64,000 nucleotides of DNA, from NCBI GenBank assembly GCA_018302465.1, contig JAGVZQ010000001.1, positions 2,235-66,234 of the forward strand, written 5' to 3'. The notes beneath the pieces were generated by a model, which was given only the letters and a program-made list of their open reading frames with translations, did not search any database and was not told the origin of the DNA. This document shows, in pieces, positions 46,814 to 55,400 of the stretch; position 1 is the stretch's first letter; every line of letters starts with the position of its first letter. Source of the DNA: Candidatus Woesearchaeota archaeon. Lineage in GTDB: Archaea > Nanobdellota > Nanobdellia > SCGC-AAA011-G17 > GW2011-AR20. A program made the translations under genes and the position numbers.

Positions 46814-47713
46814 CTATTTGCCTTTTATTTGAGAGTAGAGCATACCTAATCCATAAGCCATATGGATTGATAAAAACAAAAATGGTAATAATGACAAGTA
46901 GAGTAAGTTTTTTTGAATAGATAAAAAAACAGAGTAGACTATCACTATTGCCGTATAAATTAAAAAAGGAATTAATAATGGGTTATATACAAAATAAAGC
47001 GGGATTAATAGTATAACATATAATGAGAATAAAGATGGCATGAAAAAAACAAGTCCAGCCTGTTTTTTATTTATTTTTTCTTTAAATATTCTTACTTTTC
47101 CATATAAAAAGAATTGTTTGCAAAAAGACCAGTAATTCGGTCTTCTTCTATGATATACAATTAAGTCTGGATTATACGCCATTCTTATTCCGTTATCTTT
47201 CATTCTGGCAAACAATTCTGGGTCTTCTCCTGGAAATAAAAGCGGATTAAATCCTGCTATTTTATCAAAAACTTTTTTTCTTACAAAGCAAACCGCACTT
47301 GTCATACTTGATTCATCTGCGTTGAGATTTAACTTTCCTCTTTTGTAACGATTACTCATTACATAAGTTCCGAGAAAAGAAGATAAAACAACTCCGGAAG
47401 CTTTTGCAAAGAATGGATCATTTTTTGGGGTTAATTGCGGGCCACCAACGACATCTATCTCTGGATGAGTATTAAGAAATTTATCTGCATTTTTTAATAA
47501 ATCTTCATGGACTGAAACATCATCATCAATAAATGCCAGTATTTCCCCTTTTGCTTTTTCTATGCCTTTGTTTCTATTTTCAGACGGGTTTAAACCAAAT
47601 TCTACTATCACTTCATATTTCTTGGGGTCAAAATTTGATTTTTTTAATGAATCCAAAACTTCGATTTTTCTTTCTGGCGCAAGTGCTATGATTATTGAAA
47701 ACCTATATTGCAT
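46814..47713 (-). CDS. GT2 glycosyltransferase with C-terminal TM helices
   Basis: FSIIIALAPERKIEVLDSL..., ILAFIDDDVSV (DxD), C-terminal hydrophobic region. Confidence 0.75.
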   Translation of the reverse strand: MQYRFSIIIALAPERKIEVLDSLKKSNFDPKKYEVIVEFGLNPSENRNKGIEKAKGEILAFIDDDVSVHEDLLKNADKFLNTHPEIDVVGGPQLTPKNDPFFAKASGVVLSSFLGTYVMSNRYKRGKLNLNADESSMTSAVCFVRKKVFDKIAGFNPLLFPGEDPELFARMKDNGIRMAYNPDLIVYHRRRPNYWSFCKQFFLYGKVRIFKEKINKKQAGLVFFMPSLFSLYVILLIPLYFVYNPLLIPFLIYTAIVIVYSVFLSIQKNLLYLSLLPFLFLSIHMAYGLGMLYSQIKGK

Positions 47714-48452
47714 TTTTAATCCCGTTATATATTGAAACTATAAATTTAAAAGGAGAATAGATTAACCTTAGCCTTACTATAGACAAGAACATTTCTATTA
47801 CTGTTTTTATTTTTACGTGAGAACCCCCCGGTTCACTCCATTCTGTTGGGATTTCTTTTGTTTTGTAGTTTTTTCTTTTTAGCAAGTATAAAACATCAAC
47901 ATCAAATGCCCATCTTGTTTTTCCAATATCTGCTAATATATCTTTTAAAGCTGTTTTCTTAAATAATTTTGCCCCACATTGAGTATCTTTTAGTTTCAGA
48001 TTAAATAATAAATTTACTAGAATGTTAAAACTCCTGCCTGCGATTATTCTTGTTAGGGGCTGAGATTTATTGATTTTAGAATTTTTCATCCAACGAGAAG
48101 CTATTACTGCATCGTAATTTTCTATATTTTTAACTAAATCATAAAAAGCATTTGGTGGTGTTGCTAAATCTGCGTCGACAAAACCGATTAATTCAGAATC
48201 AGCTAATTTAAATCCTTCAGTAACTGCAATACCCTTGCTTGCTACCTTTCCTATGTCTACATACTTTATTTCTTTATTCTTCTGCGCTATCTTCTTAACT
48301 ACTTCAAGAGTATTGTCTGTGCAGCCGTTTATTATTACAAGAATTTCAAAATTTATTTTGCCTTTAAGATAATCTAGATAAGAGTTTAATGTTTTTGGTA
48401 TTCTTTCTTCTTCATTGTATGCAGGGATTATTATTGATAGGTTAGGTGTCAT
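47703..48452 (-). CDS. GT2 glycosyltransferase (dolichyl-phosphate hexose synthase-like)
   Basis: LSIIIPAYNEEERIPKTL, LVIINGCTDNT, FVDADL (DxD). Length is 249 aa. Confidence 0.8.
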   Translation of the reverse strand: MTPNLSIIIPAYNEEERIPKTLNSYLDYLKGKINFEILVIINGCTDNTLEVVKKIAQKNKEIKYVDIGKVASKGIAVTEGFKLADSELIGFVDADLATPPNAFYDLVKNIENYDAVIASRWMKNSKINKSQPLTRIIAGRSFNILVNLLFNLKLKDTQCGAKLFKKTALKDILADIGKTRWAFDVDVLYLLKRKNYKTKEIPTEWSEPGGSHVKIKTVIEMFLSIVRLRLIYSPFKFIVSIYNGIKNAI

Positions 48453-49707
48453 TCTTTCTCATCAGCACTATTGAAAACATTGTAACAAACATTATCACCC
48501 CTAATAATGCTAAAATATTTGTTATCTGAAGCAGGCTTTCGTGGTATATCCATATCAATGCTGCTTCTGCTACCGCAAACAGGAATAATAGGTAAAGAGA
48601 TTTAAGCTTGCCTATTGAAAGGTTGTACATTGTTATAGTATAGGTTAAGGAAAAGAACAGGATAAATAGTGAAAACCTCCATAAGATATTTGCTACATCA
48701 ATATAGCCGCTTCCGAAAAAGATGTTTATTGCTAATTCTGGAAGCAGGAAATAAACAATGGCCATTGGAATGCCTACTGCTGAGACCAATAAAAGAGATT
48801 TGTTGAGCATTTTTTTTGTGTGTTTTTTTTGCTTATGGAGCTCTGAGACTTTAGGGAACATTACAAAGCTTATTGCTATTGTTGCAAAAAATATGGTTTT
48901 TCCTATAAGAGATACTGCTGCATACTTCCCTGCAATCTCTGAATCAAAAAAATGTTTTATTATTATTATATCCATACTATAAAATGAAGTCAAGATTAGC
49001 AAAGAAATAAACATAGGAATGAAATATCTGTACATTGGTTTTAAAGAGTATTCTTCTGATTTATACTTGAATACCTTTTTCAATGGAAAGTAAGTTATAA
49101 TAAAAGAGAATAAGAAAGCTAAAAACACGGCCAAAGCTGCTCCATTCACTCCTAATCCAAGGAGAACAAAGATTACTCCAAATACAACTTTTGCTATACC
49201 CTCAAACCCCATGTTTAATCCAAGGGTCTTGAACCTTTGCAGACCTTGAATTATCCCTCTTGAAACAGGCAATAAGATTGCAAATGCAAAGAAACCTCCA
49301 AAGATTAACACAGGAGTTATTGGGATATGAAGAAATTCTGCTATGAACTTACTGGCTATAAGGTAGATTATTAGGCCTATTACTGCAAATACTGAGAATG
49401 CTTTTAATGTATGTGATGTCAAATATTTTATCTTGCCATATTCTTTTTCAGCTTTTAATTCTGAAGAGAATTTTGATAATGTATTTTGGATTGTTACTGT
49501 TGGTACAATTAAAAGATATAATAATGACCATAAAGCTCCTAGTGTTCCGTAGCTACTTGGCCCTAATACCCTTCCCATAAAGAAATGAAAAATGAAACCA
49601 GTGATGTTTAAGATCATTGTAGCAGAAAATAATATTACACTATCCCTAATAAGACTGTCATCTTTTTTATATCCCTTTAAAAGAAAACTTTTTATTTTTT
49701 TTATCAA
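48442..49707 (-). CDS. Oligosaccharide flippase (Wzx-like MOP/PST family)
   Basis: 421 aa, ~12 TM helices, PST-family N-terminal pattern (VILFSATMILNITGFIFHFFMGRVLGPSSYG). Confidence 0.75.
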   Translation of the reverse strand: MIKKIKSFLLKGYKKDDSLIRDSVILFSATMILNITGFIFHFFMGRVLGPSSYGTLGALWSLLYLLIVPTVTIQNTLSKFSSELKAEKEYGKIKYLTSHTLKAFSVFAVIGLIIYLIASKFIAEFLHIPITPVLIFGGFFAFAILLPVSRGIIQGLQRFKTLGLNMGFEGIAKVVFGVIFVLLGLGVNGAALAVFLAFLFSFIITYFPLKKVFKYKSEEYSLKPMYRYFIPMFISLLILTSFYSMDIIIIKHFFDSEIAGKYAAVSLIGKTIFFATIAISFVMFPKVSELHKQKKHTKKMLNKSLLLVSAVGIPMAIVYFLLPELAINIFFGSGYIDVANILWRFSLFILFFSLTYTITMYNLSIGKLKSLYLLFLFAVAEAALIWIYHESLLQITNILALLGVIMFVTMFSIVLMRKNDT

Positions 49708-50691
49708 TTATACCACCCACACCAGCCCTGCAAATACTAGTTCAATCAGCATTGTTAGATAGACTACCTGGCCTTCAGTAAATTTTCCAGTTATTGTAAA
49801 AAAATGAGGGATTGAATAAATCTTATTATAAAGTGATTTTACTTTCCCGTTTGAATAAGTTCCATAGCTCTGGTTTTTGAATCTTCCCCTTGCTTTTAAT
49901 ATAAATTCTATAAAAAATGGAATAGACATTATTAATGCTGCTTTTTCTATGTTACCTATTATAGCTATTACTGCTAATGTACCGCCAAGAAGGTATGTTA
50001 ATGAGTCTCCTGGAAATATTTTAGCTGGAAATTTGTTATAATAAAAAAATCCAAGCATGCATGCAAAGGCAACCGCTGCAATTAATGCTGCATCCATTCT
50101 GTCGTTTACATATGCAAATAGACCAAGGTTACCTAGATAAATTAAACCTAAGCCTGTTTCTAATCCATTAAACCCTGCAAGCATATTCACCATGTTTGAA
50201 GCTCCAACGAAGATTATTGGAACGAAAAGTAATGGGTAGATAAGACCGAATTTAACTTCTCCAAAAAATGGGATCCACATAGTTGATGTCCCTGCATTTA
50301 CAACCATCAGAGGTATTGCTCCTATTACTGTCAATAATGGTTTCTGCCATTGCTTAAGCCCCGTTGTTGCTTCCCTGTCCTTTCCTATTAACAAATCATC
50401 CATAAAACCAATTAAAGTTACGAGAAGTAAAGATATTGTTGAAGCAAATATTATCAATAAGTTTGATGTATCTTTGTAGAAGAATGTCTGAATAAAAACG
50501 TAACTCATTAACCCTGCAATAAGACCTCCAACAACAACTAAGCCTCCTGAAACTGGGATTAATGGCTTGTTTTCTTTGTTCTGGTCTTTTACAACCAATC
50601 CCATCTTTTTTAGGAATCTTATAATCCAGGGTGTCAAACATATCACTATAAGAAATCCTATAAGCGCCCCTATCACAGGAATTATTCTCAT
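49708..50691 (-). CDS. Polyprenyl-phosphate HexNAc-1-phosphate transferase (MraY/WecA/AglH family)
   Basis: GFMDDLLIGKD (DDxxD), NMVNMLAGFNGLETG (NxxNxxDGxDGL) and ~10 TM helices. It is the first gene of a 7-gene minus-strand operon. Confidence 0.8.
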   Translation of the reverse strand: MRIIPVIGALIGFLIVICLTPWIIRFLKKMGLVVKDQNKENKPLIPVSGGLVVVGGLIAGLMSYVFIQTFFYKDTSNLLIIFASTISLLLVTLIGFMDDLLIGKDREATTGLKQWQKPLLTVIGAIPLMVVNAGTSTMWIPFFGEVKFGLIYPLLFVPIIFVGASNMVNMLAGFNGLETGLGLIYLGNLGLFAYVNDRMDAALIAAVAFACMLGFFYYNKFPAKIFPGDSLTYLLGGTLAVIAIIGNIEKAALIMSIPFFIEFILKARGRFKNQSYGTYSNGKVKSLYNKIYSIPHFFTITGKFTEGQVVYLTMLIELVFAGLVWVV

Positions 50692-50843
50692 ATGTGAAAA
50701 TGCTGTAAGAGGTTATAAAAACGTTTCGAAATCAGTCTAAGAAGTCCTGTTTTTTCTGAATTTGCTCGTGAGAATCCATAATAGAGTATATGGGTAAGGC
50801 TATTTAATTTATAAGAAATGAGCATAGATTTTAGCTCCTTAAA

Positions 50844-51305
50844 TCATTTTGACCATGGAGCCTTAATAACGCCAGGTATAAGTATTAACCCGCTCCCTAA
50901 TGCTTCTTCGTTTGTCAGTTTCGGAACACTACCTTTGCTAGATTGAGCACAAGGAATTTCTATTCCTGTTGGTACATATATAATAATTTTATCGTAAATC
51001 GCAATTGGTTTTGGGAAAGACGTACTTGTAGTTGTTAAATCTAAGTTGATACATCCTTTTACCTCGTGACATTCATACCCTGTCACTTCACTTCCTATAT
51101 ACGCATAATTGAATGGAATGCCCTGACAACTAGATAGACCAACAGTTATATCTAAGTTATTATATGATGTTGAGTAAGTACTGTCTGTTGCCGAATAGGT
51201 TGCCCTTCTATTCACACTAGTGCCTCCAACTGTTTGTTGACAACCGGCAATAAGTAAAATAGAAACAACAAGTAAAGAAAAAATTACTAGGTTCCTCTTT
51301 TGCAT
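50844..51305 (-). CDS. Secreted lipoprotein (archaeal lipobox-like IAGC); paralog of 29241-29876
   Basis: Signal peptide MQKRNLVIFSLLVVSILLIAGCQQTVG is nearly identical to that of 29241-29876, with ~80% nt identity over the first ~90 nt. Confidence 0.5.
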   Translation of the reverse strand: MQKRNLVIFSLLVVSILLIAGCQQTVGGTSVNRRATYSATDSTYSTSYNNLDITVGLSSCQGIPFNYAYIGSEVTGYECHEVKGCINLDLTTTSTSFPKPIAIYDKIIIYVPTGIEIPCAQSSKGSVPKLTNEEALGSGLILIPGVIKAPWSK

Positions 51306-51385
51306 GAAAATTGAAATGTAATAGGATATATATATATTTCTGTTTTTAGTGCGGATACATTCCTGTAAACTTTAAATAGAACAGG

Positions 51386-52483
51386 CTACTCTAAAAATTC
51401 CTTATTCTTTATCTTCTCTGGTAAATATTTTTCTGATATAAAACTTACCCCTTTAGTTGCCAAAGCCTGAATTTCTACTTTTCCATTAAACTCTTTCATC
51501 ATTTTGAATTGTTTTTGCCATTCTTTGTTGTCCTTGAACCATTCATATTGCGAGACTTGTTTTATCCTTGCTAAATCTTTTTCATCCAATTTAATTAACT
51601 GTTTTTTTAGATCGTACTTAACTATATCGTCCATGGTAATACCAATGTATTTAACTGAAGGTATTGTCAACCTTTCAGATGCATGTGCCAGGGCTATAGA
51701 ACCATATTTTACCACAGAATATATATATATACCATAAACATCCCCATCACAGAGAACATAAATCGGCAAATTTCCTTCTTCTGCGAGCCTTTGCAATAAT
51801 CTCCTGATTCCCCTTGTAGTTTGACCCTGGCTTGTTATTAAGATGCAACCATTTTTCTGCCAAAACTTGTCTTCATTCAATCTTTCGAATATTGCTGCTT
51901 TCTCCATATATAACACAAATTTAGCATTTATCTTTTTAAACTGCAATTCATCTGTGATAGAAGGAATAGAATAACCCCCCCTGCCAAGCTTAGAGCAGTC
52001 TATGGTGTCTCCGCTGTCTATTAAACTGACATTTCCAACCATGCTGCCCATCTTATTTGCTGATACATGCAATTGTTCTCTTGATAAACCAGTTATAACT
52101 TCAAGGTCTTCAATTACTTTGTCAGATTCAACTTGCTCATCTACTATATTGATATTAGTTCCAGGTATTGTTCTTTTCGTTATGTAGAAGACTCCTCTAA
52201 GATGCTCATGCTTCCCAGTATCTAATAATTCTTTTTTTAGGATGCTTGCTACTTCAACTGTCTGCAGGAATTTTTTTGCATGACCAAGATTGAAGAAACT
52301 CCTTTTCCCCTCTTTGCTTCCAAGTTGCAATGTTCCAGTTTTTTTATTGTATTCTATGTTTGATAGGGCTCTAATCGGCAGGGTAATCTCTGGATTTTTC
52401 ATTGATTTTACCTGCTGCACAAGATTTTTGCCCAGCTGCTCAAGTGTAATTTTTGAATTACTCTTTGTCTGTGTCTTTTTCAT
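51386..52483 (-). CDS. top6A: DNA topoisomerase VI subunit A (Spo11 homologue)
   Basis: Toprim DxD in YVLCDGDVYG. Full-length (365 aa) similarity to Top6A. Its start overlaps the top6B 3' end by 26 nt. Confidence 0.9.
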   Translation of the reverse strand: MKKTQTKSNSKITLEQLGKNLVQQVKSMKNPEITLPIRALSNIEYNKKTGTLQLGSKEGKRSFFNLGHAKKFLQTVEVASILKKELLDTGKHEHLRGVFYITKRTIPGTNINIVDEQVESDKVIEDLEVITGLSREQLHVSANKMGSMVGNVSLIDSGDTIDCSKLGRGGYSIPSITDELQFKKINAKFVLYMEKAAIFERLNEDKFWQKNGCILITSQGQTTRGIRRLLQRLAEEGNLPIYVLCDGDVYGIYIYSVVKYGSIALAHASERLTIPSVKYIGITMDDIVKYDLKKQLIKLDEKDLARIKQVSQYEWFKDNKEWQKQFKMMKEFNGKVEIQALATKGVSFISEKYLPEKIKNKEFLE

Positions 52484-55400
52484 TTTTTGCTTGTTTAACC
52501 TCTCCTAGCAATAAGGGAAGCTCCTTCTTTAATTTCTTTTCCAGATTCTCTTTAATAACCTCTTTCTTTTCGCCAGATAGTATACTTAATGAAGATGCTA
52601 ACTCAGGAATGTATTTTTCAAATAAATTTGCCCTTTCTCTCTGTTCTTTTGCTCTTACATTTTTTCTTATGTGTGTTGCTAATTTTCTTCCAACTTCCTG
52701 CAAGGCTAATTTCAATTCTTTTAAGATTTCTGGGTAATGGGCTATTGCTTCCTTGCTTTCTGAAGTGAAAGGAACCCATACTGAAGCTACATGGATTAAA
52801 ATAACTACAGGACCTGCAGGCAATGCTCCTTTGCTCTGAGACAAACCATAATTTCTCCATGTTGTTGAGACAACTGCTTTTGTTGTTGCACAGGCACTTA
52901 ATTGGTATAGTAAAGGGACTCTGTTTGCAAATCTATAGATCTTTACCAATTCATCTGATGGTAAATTACCTCTATAAGCGAGACCTACCTCAATAATAAA
53001 AGGATTTCCTCGATAAACACTTGGAGGTCTTGATACTGCAGTGTAAAATTCCGCACCCACCTCCTTTTTTAATCCTTTAATTATTAATTCTTCCCCTATT
53101 GGTGTAACGCAGTCTGTTGGAGGAGACATTATTTTTGTAGCATTTAAAGATTTATATAGAATTTCAGCTTCCTGCATTGCAATTCTTTCAGGTCTTGCGC
53201 CGCAGTCTAGACTTGATTTTTCACATACATCTTTAGCAACTTTTGCACTAATTCTACAGAAATCATTCTGCAAAAAACTCTGTAAGGTTTTTGCTTGTGT
53301 ATCATGAAGCATCTTTATTAAAATGCCAAGCTCAATACCATGAGGATGAGGCTTTATTTCTTTGGATTCTTTAGGCAATTGATTTGTTGCTCTTGGAAAT
53401 TCTGATTTTTCTCCCTCTGGATTAATGTAAGTTAGAGATAGATGAGGATTGACAATTGCCGTCTGCTTTAGATATTGGTCTACACTTTGATTTCCTTTCT
53501 GATATTTTGCTGTTAATTCTATTTCAACTTTTGTTCCTGTTTTTTTCTCAGGCCAATCAAGATCATGCTCTTGCACTATCTTTGGCTCGTTTGTTTTTGT
53601 ATCAATTATTAATTCGAAATAATGAGCTAATTTTTTTGGATTTGTTTTAGAAGTTATTTTTGCTGGCTTTCCTGTGGTTAATTGGCCGTACATGCATGAA
53701 GCTGAGTTATGGACGATTATTCCATTTGCAACAAAGTTATTACCTTGCGCCATAGTTAAATCATATACATAGTTATGTCTTTTTTCCACTCTTTTTTTAG
53801 ATGTTACTTTTGTCCATGTTACATTTGAATTAAGAAGACAGTAAAGTTCCTGTAGTTCTATAGGCGGCTTTTTTAGATCCGTTTTGGAAATAAAGAAATT
53901 TACAATTCCTTGCAGTGTAGTCATATCTACAGATTTGTTTTTATGGCATATTACTTGTGGGGTTGGAAACTCTTTATAAGGTATTTTTAATTTGTTCTTT
54001 AGGCTGAAAATCTTTTTCCTTATGAAGGGGATTAATTCTGTTTCTCTACTTCCATTGTTATATCCTTCTACTATCTCTTTTAGGATATTTTTCTTTTTTG
54101 GATGAGAAAACCCAATCTCTTTATTGAAATTACAAATATTTTCTATTCCGCTAATAACTATTCTCTTATCTTCTCCTGCTTTATTTATCCTGCCCACAAC
54201 TCCAAATTGCAGCAAAAACATATTTATGTATGAAATCATTGCATCATTCCTTATCATAAAACTAACAGTTTTTCTATCTTTAGAAACATGCGCTTCGCAA
54301 TCAAAAAGAGCTTGCAAATAAGGTCTGAGTAAATCTTTTCTGTGTAATAAAGGAATTAATCTAAATGTATTGTGTTTTTTTCCTGATGGTACCCCGCATT
54401 TATTTATTATCCTTGATACAAGAGAAGAAGAAAACTGAGCCATTTGCCCTCTTCCTTTAGAATGAATTATTGTTCTTGCTTTCAAACCAAATAGATTTTT
54501 AGCTATTTTTCTAAATTCTCTTATTAGGTGTGCATTATTATTCCAAAAAGATATGTTTCTCCCCCACCTATTAGCTGATTCTTTTTGAGAATGACCATCG
54601 CCAGAAATAAATCCTAAGAATCTCATGAAACTATCATCTATATAATTTGGTAGAGTTATGTATGTGCCTAATTTTCCCACCCTTGTACAATTTTTTATTA
54701 GCTCCTCTTTTGAGATTCCTAAATCATCTGCAAACAATTCTAAAATTTTCTTATTAGGTCTTCTTCTTATATACGTCTTTTTCCAGCCTTTTATTTGATC
54801 TTTTTTTATATTAAATCTCTTTGCTACGCTATTCCAATTTTTGTATTTCTTTTTTAGATTTTCCAAAATCGTTCCTATGAACTCACTGTTATCTATTCTA
54901 ACCTCTTCATCTAAAAAGTCAAAAAGAGGAATTTTGCAGTCTTTTACGTGTGTACCTAGTTTTTTTGCCACTGCTATGTGCTCTCCTTCGCTTATGTCAT
55001 CTGCATCCTTCCACTTATACCCTCCTTCATCTATTACTAATACTGGATTTTCTGGTGTTAACTGTATACTCCTCCCTCTTAAAACATCTAGCTTTACCAT
55101 ATATGGTGGTGAGGGAATTTTCCAAAACCTGTCGATTTTTCCTAGACCAAACTTAAAAGTTGGTGTTAAAACAAATAAATCTGCATTTGGTTTTTCTTCC
55201 ACAATATTTTCTATAGACAAAACCTTGCCGTCTCCCAGAGTGATTAGAGTGTCAGGAGTCATACATATCCCAATTCCTTGCTGACCACGACTACAGCGCA
55301 ATCTATGAAATTTTGAACCGTACAATAATTTAGCAAATATCCTTGGAATCTGCTCTTTTACAATGCCTGGACCATTGTCTTCAACTATTACAATAAATCT

